Assembly: GCA_000002445.1 (NCBI GenBank)
Contig: CP000070.1
Coordinates: 1,760,001-1,824,000, forward strand
DNA from: Trypanosoma brucei
Lineage: Eukaryota
Direction: 5' to 3'
DNA: 64,000 nucleotides
Shown: piece by piece, positions 23,700 to 36,132 of the stretch
How positions within the stretch are numbered: the stretch's first letter is position 1
How the letters are laid out: the number at the start of each line of letters is the position of its first letter
Notes under the pieces: generated by a model
What the model saw: the letters and a program-made list of their open reading frames with translations, nothing else
Databases searched by the model: none
Told to the model about the DNA's origin: nothing
Program-made: the position numbers and the translations under genes

Positions 23700-26600
23700 G
23701 CAATGGTGATTAAAGTCTCATTGTCAAACTGTTCGGTAAGGGGAGTTATCACAAAGCAACCTTATATATTCTTAGTACAAATCAACTTAGCAGCTCAACT
23801 AGCTGCTGAAATTCCAACAGCAATGCATAGAGGAAAATGTAAATGAAAGGAGTAGCAATACACATGTAGTGTGATGTCAAAGCTATGACTGAAGCTATAT
23901 TCAAAAACAAAATTAGTAGATGCTGCACTAAAAGATACAACATATAAACAGCTGTGCGCACTGGAAGAGGAACCGGAAAAGACACCTTCTGTTGTAGCGG
24001 CAGCGTTAGAAAAACAGAAAACGTCACCGACGACATCCACAGCCACCGGCACAAAAACTTAACATTAAGTAAACTTAGTTTCAGAACACGAAGGCTGACG
24101 GTAGCACCAACATTAGGTCTAATATAGGTTAAAAAAGCAAAGAACGTTCGAAAAAAAAAAAGCAGAAAACAACCCGCCGCGGGAAATAAAGGCTCTACGA
24201 TAAAACAGGGGTCTTTTGGTCCCTGTGCAACAAGTGGCTGACATTCTAAGTCTCCAGCCTCATCAGTGAGTGGTGACCAAGTAGCGGACCCTCGAACATC
24301 AACGCGAAGAAAAAATGCGCACCTAAAGGTTTGAAAGGAAATATGCACACCTTTCCAACAGCATCTCCAAATCAAGGTGTAGCATAAATTGAAGACGAGG
24401 TCTACAACAAGCAAACGAAAACAACCGCAATTTAAAATTTTTTTTGAATTTTCTTCCCGCCTTCGTGGGAGTTTCCCCCCACTGGCGCGGCCATCAGCCA
24501 TCACCGTAGAGCCCTGAGATGCTATCGGTCTGGCAACTGTGGTAGAGTCTCCCTTTTTTATTCAGCCTAACACACCCTCTATAATTTTTTGTTGTAGCTC
24601 CGCATTTGAACGGAATACAGCAAATGGGGCGAGAAGCCTCCCACCCTGGACTCTCCCAAAGATGTCAATTAGCAATCCTTTTGTTTTGATTTTTGTTATT
24701 CGTTTATTATTCTCTCCCCCTTTTTATGTTTTTGATGCTTGTTGACTGCATACCCTCTCTGTCTCTGAGGGTGTCTGGACTATTCCTGCGTCCGGTGCTT
24801 TTCCTGCTGGCTCCACACTCGGCAATAAGGGGGGAAGTTGCAGAAGGGAGAGTGGGTTGTATGACTGTTACATTAGGTGAGGACTTCACCTGCGGCCGGC
24901 TCCGTTCAACCGCAATGAGAAATTGCGCCAGCCTTTTAGAAAAACATACATCTTGCACACACAACCACCCTCTACCGCAAACCTGACACGTAATTCCTTC
25001 AAACCGTGACAGCTCATCAAGTGCAGCGACGTTTCTTCGCAGTCGCCGCGTTGGCTGGTAACAGCGCGCTCTACCTTCATACCGTGCATCTTCTTTTGAT
25101 GTAGGGTGAGGCCAGTTTTGCTAGCACACTGCCTTCCGCATGTCGGGCACACCAACATGGATCTGTTTGTATGCGGGGAATCAGTGGCACACAATTTTGT
25201 GCTTTTGCTGCATTTAAGCTCGACTCCCTCACCTTTGTGGAAAGCCTTACAGTGTCGGATGAGGGAGCCCCTGCAACTGAGCACTTTTTGGCACACACCA
25301 CACTGCACCTCGCCTCTCCCCGGGGCTTCAACGTTTCCCTCACGGGCACTCTTACGAGGAAATTGCACCAACACCACGGTACCGTCCTCCGTCACTATGC
25401 TCTTATGTTTGAATTTCTTGTGTAGTGACAGGGAAGAGCGTGTACCGAAGCTCGCCTTGCACAGGTCACATTGAAACGGCAGCTTCCGTGTATCCTGAGA
25501 GACTGGTGCTGCTGGGACGCTACATTCTCCTTGCACTGAGTCCTCGTTTTCTCGCCCGCTTTTCACGCGGCAACTACCGCTACCTATGCCATGTATTGTT
25601 TGAAGGTGGTGTAATAGTCGGCCTGGCACTGCGAATTTGGAAGCACAGAGGGTACAATGAAGCACCTGCGGTCTCATCGGGACTCGTGTGCTCGATGGTA
25701 GAGGAACAATCGCCACCACTGGAGGGGGCTCCGGGGGGATGTCCACTGCAGGTGTTGCATCGCCGTATTTGATCCTCCGGATGGCATCAGCTCGCACAAA
25801 GCCATGTTTGTTTACCATATGCGTTACAGCACTCGACCGGCATTGGTATGTGCCATCATATTCCGTACATTTGGTCGGTTCGGAGGTTCTCTGAAGAGTG
25901 CGTGTCGCAATAGGTGGGGCCGTTTGTATTGTTGGCCCCATCGCTGCATGTTGCGGGTTGCACCATCGGCACTGTGGAGGCACACTCGGGTTGATCTTTC
26001 GCAACATCCATCCATAGTGTCTTGAAGACCCAACCCGAAAGCGTGCCAGTGCCGTTTCTTCTTCCCTCGTCAGTTCTTCTTTATGTTTTGTTGGAAAGTG
26101 GTTGCCCGTGATACCAAACCTATGAGTGTTCTCATGGACTTCTTCCGACCTAAGCACTCGCTTCGCATAAGCAATGATGTCGGGGATCCACGTGTCTCGC
26201 AACTGTGGCAAATCTGCGGCCTTTTTGGCCATGTCATCGCAAACCTCATTCCGTTTCACGCCACAATGGCCGAACACAAATTGCAGTCGGATACGCACCT
26301 TCCTTCTCTGAACTTGAAGCAGAAGCCTCCATAGTCGTCTCAGAATTGGGTCCGTTACGGCTAGGGGGCCTGTCCGCAGTGCTGTTAACATTGACAGCGA
26401 GTCAGAGAAGATGGACAACCTGCTCGGTGTGCTTCTGTATGCCGGGAGCCATTTCAGCAGCCGTTGCAGTCCTATTTCTAATGCTACGCATTCCGCTCTG
26501 TAACTGCATGAGAGTTCCCCTGCTCCAGTTTTGGGTGCGCAAATCAGCGTGTTGTTTCTATAGAGCAGGGCAGCTGCTCCGGACTTCTCACCGAGGGACA

Positions 26601-28938
26601 CGGATTCATCAGTCCACAATTCGTAGTGCTTTCGTCGCGGTGGCTCCCTCCCCCTCCGTGCAAAATGCCGTGCCATCCACTTCTCGGAAGCCTCCCTTTT
26701 GACATCGTCAGGGTCATCAGCGCACACAGGCTTTATCTGCGTGTGAAATATCGGTCGGCAGCTGTGGCGGAGCGTCGATGTCTCTAGTGGGTGCTCGCGT
26801 GGCTCAATGTGGAAGTGATTGTAGGACCGCATGATGCGGGAATGTAGGGCTCTGACTGGGTGTTTGCTGTAGTATACTTCCTCAGCATTGCGGCGCAAAC
26901 ATCCGCCTCGTGACTCTCACATCAGCATGAATTTCATACTGCGTACAAGAGTGCTCGTCTTGAGTGGCAGGAGGTTTGCTTCCAGCAGAGAGTCCTCTTT
27001 GCGCGTCCCATGCGGTATGCCAGCTATGATTCGACTGGCTTTGTGTGGCGCTGCTGACAGGATATCACGACTTCGTTTCGAAGCGTCCCAGTACCATACC
27101 TCAATGCCATACATGGTGTGTGCCTGTACGAGTGCTAGATAAAAAGCTTTCAGCACTTGTCGTCTTGGCCCCCATGTAGAAGCTGAGATGGCTGCTATCT
27201 GCAGTAGTCTGAAGTCCATCTTGCGTCTCGTTTCGGCCGCATGTGTTGCCATCCCTTGCAGACACTAGAATGTTACTCCGAGAAACTTCGGTGTCCTGTC
27301 AGCTCCCATTCTTTCGCCGTCCAGTTGCAATGTAAGGGGGTGGCGCTCTGTACACCCGAAGAGTATTCACTTCGTTTTCGCTACGTTGACAGACATGAAG
27401 TACTCTTTTGACCACTGTAACACCACGTTTAGGCCGCATTGTAGTGTGTGGTTGATGACATCCCTCTCTGTGTGCCTCGCAAGTAGCGTTAGGTCGTCTG
27501 CAAAGAATCCGTGTTGCAGTAACGGCACTTCTGCAAGGCGTTGCTGGCTCAACGAGTTCATGACAATAATGAGCATGATTGGGCCAAGGACAGTTCCCTG
27601 TGGCACTCCTCGCTCAAATGTTCTGCTTCTGGAAAGCTTCTCCTTGAATCTCACTCTGCCAGTTCGGTTACTCAGAAATGATACGCACCACTCCACAACG
27701 TGGGGTGATACCTTCATTCTGTGCATTTCCCTCACAATTTTGTCGTGGTCCACTGTATCGAATGCCTTCTCGTAGTCGACGAATACAGCACCCGTGCGAA
27801 ATTGGTGCGTGGGGCGGCAGAGGGCAGCCGGCGAGCGTAGGTGTCCAATGCGGATGGCGGAGCTCAATTTCTGTTCCAGGGCGTTGATATTATTATCTCT
27901 ACCAATTTTCCTGCAGAGCTCGTCAACCTTGAGACGGAAATTCCTCCAGTCAGCTTTTAGCCATGGGTACATGGGCTTTCGAAGCCGCGGGCAACTCAGT
28001 GCATCTGTGCCGTCTCCAACGATAGCGTCGAAAAATATGTGATGGTGATCGCTATCGGGAGAATGCAGCGATGTCCACGTGGACACTGTGCAATTCCTTG
28101 ACAGTGTCACATCAGGGCTGGACTCCCCGTGGTGGCGCGCGAACCCGGTGCACTCACCAGTGTTACAGACTAGAAACTGGTTGTCAATTTACCACTGTGT
28201 GAGGGTTTCACCCTTGGTATTTGGCGGGCTCCCGCGATCCCATGCCAACTCGCGTGTGCATTAGCGTCTGCACCGATGAGAGCTGGGCACCGTCAGTCGT
28301 CAGAAGCGTATCTAGGTCAGTTGCCGTGAAGGTGTGTTTTGGTGGGATGTATGCCGACGTGACGGTCAGCGCCGTTCCACATGTAAGGTGAATTGTTGCA
28401 CGCACTTGTTCAATGCGACCAACAACGGCCATACCGGTCTCGACTGGCTGGCCCTCCCTCACTAGTATTGATACACCACCTCCTTTGCAGTTACGAGCTA
28501 TTCCGTGATGTTGGTAGCCAGCAACGCTAAAGCAAGCCGCCTCTCCAGGCGTCATCCTTGTCTCGCTCAACAGACAAAAGGCGATCCGCTCATCAACAAG
28601 GGTTTTGTGGAGTGCTAATCTCTTTCCTTGAGATAGCCCGGCGCAGTTCCACTGCGACCCGCGCAGCGATGGACCGGGATTCTCTTCCACATCACCGGAC
28701 AGCAGCATCTTAGTGCGGATGATACTGCTGATGGCACGCTGGCACGTGCCCAGGGACCGACAAATGAAAAACGGTGTCCCAGCAAGACGCTGCTGATCCC
28801 TGTGCTGTATGATGCCGTAGCCGAAGCACAGCATTGTTCCAAACGAGAGGAGCAATGACGTTCCGTCTGTGCAGAAAGCGAGTTTATGGGCCTTGGGGCC
28901 GCGGTGGTGTGGGTGATGTTTTCGCTGAATGAAAAGGC
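23700..28938 (-). mobile_element. ingi non-LTR retrotransposon, full length (about 5.2 kb) but degenerate; the 3' boundary is uncertain by +/-300 bp
   Basis: The 5' RIME terminus reads GGGCCTTTTCATTCAGCGAAAACATCACCC on the minus strand, ending at 28938. The minus-strand ORF occurs in pieces. Piece 28208..28951 is APE-type endonuclease. Piece 27367..28110 is reverse transcriptase, with the FADD motif. Piece 24886..26898 holds RNase H and C2H2 zinc fingers. Piece 23782..24504 is the tail. Confidence 0.9.
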
Positions 28939-30907
28939 CCCGCCGGCTCATTCGCGTTGCGCGGGAAGAAGATCAAACCACCTCAGATGTGAATGTTTTT
29001 GCTTACTGAAATAAAACTGTGCTGGGCCAGTCTCGTCGTGTCCGGTGTTTGCGCACCTGAAACTCCCTTTTGTGGTGGAATATCTCCTTTAGGGACTGTT
29101 CGAGTATGTCGGGGTTTTCAGGGGCAGCGCGAACCTACTGCGCGCAGTGGATTGGGCTCATTTTCCAAGGCGGAGTGGTGGCGGTTCTTGGATACACGGC
29201 CGATCCGCAGCTGCGAGTTCGTCAGCGCCAGCCCTTCGGACCTCAGGGGGGGGGAAGTTAGGGCCTGTTTCCCTTTCCAAATCCCCTCAACTACTGTTGC
29301 CTAAAAGAATGCAGGGAGTAGAACCGGAGGGGGGAAACGTTGGGTCCGCCCCGCGTGAAAGCGGTTGGGGCGTACGTCAGGCTTCGCGAGCTGGGGGCGG
29401 TTGTGTTTCGCGTGGGTCCGTTATATTTACCCCTTCCGTTTGTATCCCCACTAAAGAGAAAGTGGTATCCCGATCCACGCTGTATTGCTTCGCCGTGTGC
29501 AATTGCTGTGCCGCTGGGGAGTGCCTTACGGCGTCGTGGGACCGACGTGGCTCGGGGACTTAAGGTGCGCCCTTAAACACCGTGGCTGCTGGCTGGTCAT
29601 GTGTTTATGCTTTGCGATGTGAGGCATTGTGGGGTCGGGCCTTTATGCGGACCCCCGAGGCGTTAGCATGCTTGGTTCTATCGATCATCTCTGTTTGTGC
29701 GCGTATGGTTTCCCCCTCCGTGTTTCGGTGAGGGCAGTGGATGGGGAGATGTCACTGAACAGCGTCGCTGTTGATTATTGTTGCTATGTTATTTTATTTT
29801 CCTAAGGCCACATTGTGGTGCCTAAATACCCGGGTTATCGTCACGCGCATTTATCATTTTTCTATTTAGCCTTTATAGCTGATCCTTCTTTCAAATACAT
29901 TTGCTTGTTCTAGTTTCATATATATATATATTGCAAATGGCAGCTTGGTGCACTTGTTCCGTTGTCGGGGTGATTATTTTCAGAGCGTATATACACCGCT
30001 TGTGGGTGATCGCGGTTTCAAGCCGGTTTACTTTTGTTTTTGAGGACATGTATTGGGGGTGTTACCACTTTTTTGTTCATTGACATTGTACACTTTTTTG
30101 TTTCGGTAAAAAGAAAAAAAACAATGACAGTGATATTTTTTTTTTTCGCTTACCTTCTATATATATACATATATATATATATATATACTTGTCGGTGATA
30201 TGTGTTTGTGTTTGGTGCTGATAATGCTTGCGCTGGGAGTTTCTTTTGTTGGCGTTTGTTTTCTCTGTAAATAAGATCGGCTTTCATTTCACCAATAGTC
30301 CTTGTAATATATCTTTTTTTTTCTTTTTTTTTCTAGGGGGCCATTAGTGCATGTAAGGAGCACTCTTAAGGGAACTTTTGTCAGCAGAATAATCAATGGT
30401 AAGTGTTTTACTTTGGCCATTGCGAGTGCGCTGGACTTTGGGAGCTGGTACTGATACTTCTGTCTTGACGGATTTAAAAAAAAGACAAAAAACTTCACAA
30501 CTATTTCCGAAAGAAAGTAAAGTTTATCCTCTCAAATCAAGTGCGGATCTGTCCCTTTGCACACGCGCTGGTTGACAATAGGTTGATGAGTGACATGTCT
30601 GATCACCTTGTGGTGCGGGTCTTTATTAATTGTCTTGCACTTTATTGATTCATCTGCGCTTTGGCGACTTAGGCGGAGTAGAGGATTGCCAATTCCGTCC
30701 CTTGGAATGGTTTACCGTCTTATTTTATTTTGTTAACCCAGTTGTCTTATGTGTATTCCTTTGTCGGTTGGTGCGAGCTGTGGGTGGGATGCCGATCGTT
30801 TTTTCTTCTGCAACGGCAGAGAGTAGTGCTGATGGATATCGGTAAAGGGTGTTTGCTGCGTCGGTGAAGTAAGTATATCAATAGAAAAGGTACGCATATA
30901 CTAAACA

Positions 30908-31835
30908 TATCACCGCGGGCAAATCCCCGCAACACTCCCGCAGCTCATATAATTCGTCCCCTTCTTGAGCAAGTGGAAACGTGCGGTGCTTTAGGCTTAT
31001 ACAACTCTGTTGCAGATGTTTTTCTGTGCTTCCCCAGCCACTGCAATTCCCTTACTCTCCGTGTCAGGAATAACGTCAGTGACGGGATGTTACAAGTCAC
31101 CGCAAATCGAACCCCAGTCTTCTACACGAAATGTCTACCCGGCATAATCCCGTTTCCACGTATTGGCACGATGCTCAGTCCAACCGCTTTGTGCATTCAG
31201 GCATCAGCGCCACGCAGTTCGCATCATGTCAACCACGTGCATTCCTACGCTGTTGGTGAAAGAATGAGCCAGGAATTGAAGCACATGTACATCCATATGC
31301 AGGAGAGAGACAGTTCCCTCCTTCCCTCAAACAATACACACACGCCACACTACAGTCTCAAAATCACGTTCAGCATTTAACAGCATACACGACACTGTAA
31401 AAGGGACAAAAAGTCACTTCAAGCAAAGCATTACTTAGCATGCGATTACGTAGATATTCATATTGTTGCATGCCCTCCGTCACACGTTGGTACGTTGGAA
31501 CATGCTAACATCAACCATCCGTCCGTCCACACACACACGCACACACCGCTATTTAAAGCAGTTTCTATACATCATTCCACTACCCAGATCCCTTATGGAA
31601 AAATAGAACAGCCACCATGGCACTTTTCCCACAAGCTCATCAGGCCCAAAGGAAGAAAATGAACAATCTACATATTGCGTTTAGTATAGTGTAAGTGAAA
31701 AATAAAGCAATAAAAACAACACTAGTGAACACCGACACGACCCTTCACCACATAAACAGGACCATTACTATTAACACTGTTCTAACAAACTAACCGACCA
31801 ATAATTGAGCGATAATCACACTATCTACAAATAGA
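30908..31835 (+). repeat. family 3'-flank module downstream of G6 (parts B and A plus R), forming the right arm of the inverted repeat
   Basis: Positions 30908..31690 are near-identical to the reverse complement of 3360..4137. Positions 31283..31828 match the R module that recurs after each family gene. Confidence 0.85.
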
Positions 31836-32026
31836 AAATACATCACACGGCTCTACACACTTCCATCGGAATAGAAAATCTAACGCCCTCACCACTCAGC
31901 GCCGGGATCCTACGCAAACTGCGTAACCGTGACGAAAAATATTCTCCGCCGCGCGCACGATCAGAGACCCAACGGCTCCACGGTTACCAAAGCTACTATT
32001 GAAACTAGCCGGTATATGGGGGAGAC

Positions 32027-32644
32027 TCAAGGTCTCGGTGATGTTGCATTACCCCCTCCCACGGCGTCTGCCTCGTCGTCCTCATCTAATATTTCCCAAA
32101 AGTGTTCTGAAGTACATTTCTCCTTCTCAGCCTTCTCCGCTTCTCTCTCAGCATTCCTACTCAACGTCTCGGCTCTGACGGTATACTCATGTGCATCTAG
32201 AAAATTATCTTTCAACCCAAAAACGGCCTTCGTGGTGAGCACCGGTCTCTCGGGTGACTCCCCGCAGAACTTCACAACCTCAGTGAATAACTGACGGACA
32301 CGCCTTTCACTATTCGACAGCTGCGGCTCAATGTACTTAATCGCCCTGTAGTACTGGTCCGCCAGCTTCTTTCGCTGTGCATTGACAGCGTCAACCAACT
32401 CCTTCTGTTCATTCGACTTCACAATTGCGTCACATCTCTTCTTCACAACTTCAGCCCGCTCGGTGGCACGATCAAACCTGTGCCAAACATTAACTAAACG
32501 CATGTTTAAGCGACCATACGAAACTTTCAACCCCAGGCAATACCGCAATCGGCGCGTCGTTGATAGAGCGACGCTCCCCCCCACATTGCACAGAATGGCA
32601 ATGAAAAGGCACACGATGATTTTCTTCGCTAGATTCATTGTCAC
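32027..32644 (-). CDS. secreted acidic-tail protein, family member G6
   Basis: It opens with signal peptide MTMNLAKKIIVCLFIAILCNVGG and carries the family motifs QYYRAIKYIEPQL and CGESPERPVLTT (its CGFW motif is diverged). It has no hydrophobic C-terminus. Confidence 0.65.
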   Translation of the reverse strand: MTMNLAKKIIVCLFIAILCNVGGSVALSTTRRLRYCLGLKVSYGRLNMRLVNVWHRFDRATERAEVVKKRCDAIVKSNEQKELVDAVNAQRKKLADQYYRAIKYIEPQLSNSERRVRQLFTEVVKFCGESPERPVLTTKAVFGLKDNFLDAHEYTVRAETLSRNAEREAEKAEKEKCTSEHFWEILDEDDEADAVGGGNATSPRP

Positions 32645-32699
32645 ACACTTGTCTCTCCTATGTACCGCATGAAATTAAAAAAGAAAAACAGAATAATAT

Positions 32700-33043
32700 C
32701 TTTTGGGCAAGACAATACGAAAAGGGCAATGCAACATATGCAGGAGAGAGACAGTTTCCTCCTTCCCTCAAACAATAGACACACGCCACACTACAGTCTC
32801 ACAATCACATTGGTTATTTAAAAGCACTCACAACACTGTAAAAGGGACAAAAAGTCACTTCAAGCAAAGCATTACTTAGCATGCGGTTACGTAGATATTC
32901 ATATTGTTGCATGCCCTCCGTCACACGTTGGTACGTTGGAACATGCTAACATCAACCATCCGTCCGTCCACACACACACGCACATACCGCTATTTAAAGC
33001 GGTTTCTATACATCATTCCACTACCCAGATCCCTTATGGAAAA
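32700..33043 (+). repeat. conserved intergenic module R (truncated copy)
   Basis: It matches catatgcaggagagagacagtt...ccgctatttaaagc...cccttatggaaaa. Confidence 0.8.
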
Positions 33044-33329
33044 GTTAGTCCTTCCACTTGATACAACGCACGACGTCTCCTTACGACGCAGTATGTTATG
33101 TACAGAAAATAAAATCAAGTAAAGGTGTAGAAAGAGTGACGAAAAAGTGGCATGGTAAGTTGTTATGTGTCCCGCATCAGTATCATTCGAACAGTCGCTG
33201 CCAATACCGCCAAGGATGTGACCAACATGGCACTCAAAATTCCACCAAGCACTCGCACGAACCAGTGCCACTGCCGTCCCATACGCTCGCGGTGAATTCC
33301 TATCCAGCCTACCCATTACTCGGAACCGA

Positions 33330-34013
33330 TCACTGCGAGGTTACATTTTCACCACCAACAGGCGGGGCAGTGCCTTCGGGCGTTTCGGATGCTGCGCTTC
33401 CATCGTTGGGCTCCCCACCTTCTTTCTCTGGCTTTTTGTCTCCCTCTCCGCCCAATGCGTTCTTCGATTCAGCGGAACTGCATTGTGTCGTTCTGGCTTT
33501 CACTTCGCTTGTCTCCGCTTCCCTTGACAGCACCTCCATCTTTGATACTAAAGATTTGGCCTTCCACAATTTGACTCTCGCTTCACGCTTGAGCTCAGAA
33601 GACACTGGCATGAAAGACGACCAGAAGCCGCAATGCTTTCTTATACCATTAAGCAACTCGCGCACGTCTTTCTTGTACTCAATTACCTGAGTCTCAATAT
33701 ATCTAATGGCATTGTATTGTTCCACTACTAATTTCACTTTATCCGAGTTAGCGTTTTCCGTCCCTTCCCTAGTTTCACTTAGTCTAGCAGCCTTCTCACA
33801 GGATGTCCTCACAACCTTTGCACGATCCCGGCTACCATGAAGGGCCTGAAGCAAGGCTGTGCAGCGGCCACTTATTGAATTAATTGATCTTCTCAGTGAA
33901 TCACAATATCTCTCTCGCACTACCCTCTTGCTGAATGCAATACCACCCTGCACACTACATAGCATAGAAACGACAAGGCACACGGTGGCACCCCGCGCAA
34001 GCCTCATGGCCAT
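33330..34013 (-). CDS. secreted acidic-tail protein, family member G5
   Basis: It opens with signal peptide MAMRLARGATVCLVVSMLCSVQGG and carries EQYNAIRYIETQV and CGFWSSFMPVSSEL. Its tail is acidic and Gly-rich. Confidence 0.7.
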   Translation of the reverse strand: MAMRLARGATVCLVVSMLCSVQGGIAFSKRVVRERYCDSLRRSINSISGRCTALLQALHGSRDRAKVVRTSCEKAARLSETREGTENANSDKVKLVVEQYNAIRYIETQVIEYKKDVRELLNGIRKHCGFWSSFMPVSSELKREARVKLWKAKSLVSKMEVLSREAETSEVKARTTQCSSAESKNALGGEGDKKPEKEGGEPNDGSAASETPEGTAPPVGGENVTSQ

Positions 34014-34069
34014 CCTTGAAGACTACTTCCACAAACGAAAGTTATAAAAAAAAAAAGAAAAACAGAATA

Positions 34070-34560
34070 ATATCTTTTGGGCAAGACAATACGAAAAGGG
34101 CAATGCAACATATGCAGGAGAGAGACAGTTCCCTCCTTCCCTCAAACAATACACACACGCCACACTACAGTCTCAAAATCACATTGGTTATTTAAAAGCA
34201 CTCACAACACTGTAAAAGGGACAAAAAGTCACTTCAAGCAAAGCATTACTTAGCATGCGATTACGTAGATATTCATATTGTTGCATGCCCTCCGCCACAC
34301 GTTGGTACGTTGGAACATGCTAACATCAACCATCCGTCCGTCCACACACACACGCACACACCGCTATTTAAAGCAGTTTCTATACATCATTTCATTACCC
34401 AAATCCCTTATGGAAAAATAGAACCCGGAGCACGTCGCCGATCTGTTTATATCTTCAATAAAAAGAACAAAAAGTAAAGCATATTAATGTTATAAAGCAA
34501 TAAAGGAAAGCCACAGCACGCAGCTGAATAACTTGTTATCGTCTAAGAGACCATAATTCT
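34070..34560 (+). repeat. conserved intergenic module R, variant with the ggagcacgtcgccgatctg extension
   Basis: It matches the R core and also the reverse complement of 3290..3440. Confidence 0.8.
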
Positions 34561-34723
34561 GCCACCACTGCCCATCGGGCTGAAAGAACAGATGAGTGTA
34601 GCAATACTCTCGGCGGCCACATTAAGAAACAGCCTGTCGCATCCCTTTAGTATTCAGCGTGCCTTACATTCTCCTCAGCAGCGTAGTTAGCATCCACCCC
34701 CATTCCAGTTATCACTTAATGGC

Positions 34724-35437
34724 TCAATTAGCAGATTCTGTGCCCGCATGTTCCTCACGGGTCTCGGACGAGGTAGTGGACGTGGCCCTATCGAGCTCAC
34801 GAGTTCCGACAGTTGGAGTGGTGTCTTGTAGTGAGTCACCGCCACTTTGCGGCTCCGCTTCACTTCTTGTGACTTCCTCCTGCGTATCTGTAGCTGGCGC
34901 GGAGCACCACTCCCCTGAAGCGTGAGAAGCATAAGATTTCGCATTTTCACTGAGTGATTCCACCTTCGATATCAATTCTGAAGCCTCCTCAAGGTGGCGT
35001 TTTGTGATATCACGCAGAAACGAGGATACGGGAGTGAAAGACAACCAGAAGCCGCAGTGCTTTCCCAAACCGATTAATAAATCGTGAATTTTTTTTTCGT
35101 AATCGGATATCTGCCGTTCATTATACATAATAGCGTTGTAGTACTCATTCACTAATTTCATTTTATCCGAGTTAGCAGCATCACTCACTTCCTTCTCTTC
35201 ACTTAACTTAACAAACCTTTCGCAATTTTCTTTAACATTCTCCACCTTATGAAGTGCATCCTCAAAAACATTCCAGGTGTCAGTAAACCGCTTCCCCAAT
35301 TCCTCAACTGTTGCCTTCAACTTTGTACAGTATCCCCCTTTTTTTTCAACCAGAGAAAAACCACGCACGCCCCCCACATTGCACAGAATGGCAATGAAAA
35401 GGCACACGATGATTTTCTTCGCTAGATTCATTGTCAC
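34724..35437 (-). CDS. secreted acidic-tail protein, family member G4
   Basis: It opens with signal peptide MTMNLAKKIIVCLFIAILCNVGG and carries NEYYNAIMYNERQI and CGFWLSFTPVSSFL. Its tail is S/T/E-rich. Confidence 0.7.
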   Translation of the reverse strand: MTMNLAKKIIVCLFIAILCNVGGVRGFSLVEKKGGYCTKLKATVEELGKRFTDTWNVFEDALHKVENVKENCERFVKLSEEKEVSDAANSDKMKLVNEYYNAIMYNERQISDYEKKIHDLLIGLGKHCGFWLSFTPVSSFLRDITKRHLEEASELISKVESLSENAKSYASHASGEWCSAPATDTQEEVTRSEAEPQSGGDSLQDTTPTVGTRELDRATSTTSSETREEHAGTESAN

Positions 35438-35499
35438 ACACTTGTCTCTCCTATGTACCGCATGAAATTAAAAAAGAAAAACAGAATAATATCTTTTGG

Positions 35500-36060
35500 G
35501 CAAGACAATACGGAAAGCACATGTACATCCATATGCAGGAGAAAGACAGTTTCCTCCTTCCCTCAAACAATAGACACACGCCACACTACAGTCTCAAAAT
35601 CACGTTGGGTATTTAAAAGCACTCACAACACTGTAAAAGGGACAAAAAGTCACTTCAAGCAAAGCATTACTTAGCATGCGATTACGTAGATATTCATATT
35701 GTTGCATGCCCTCCGTCACACGTTGGTACGTTGGAACATGCTAACATCAACCATCCGTCCGTCCACACACACACGCACACACCGCTATTTAAAGCGGTTT
35801 CTATACATCATTTCATCACCCAATTCCCTTATGGAAAAATAGAACGACCACCATGGCACTTTTCCCACAAGCTCATCAGGCCCAAAGGAAGAAAATGAAC
35901 AATCTACATATTGCGTTTAGTATAGTGTAAGTGAAAAATAAAGCAATAAAAACAACACTAGTGAACACCGACACGACCCTTCACCACATAAACAGGACCA
36001 TTACTATTAACACTGTTCTAACAAACTAACCGACCAATAATTGAGCGATAATCACACTAT
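35500..36060 (+). repeat. conserved intergenic module R
   Basis: It is near-identical to 31283..31828 and 39420..39960. Confidence 0.85.
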
Positions 36061-36132
36061 CTACGATAAAACAAAAAAGGTATTCTACCCAACAGCTGCT
36101 GGATCACTATAAACACATCATGCCCAAATCCA

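Noticed and set aside
22900-32000. A search for tRNA genes, as often found at T. brucei convergent strand switches.
   Set aside because: No cloverleaf-compatible segment with a GTTCRANYC T-loop or box A/B spacing was seen by eye. It cannot be fully excluded without tRNAscan.
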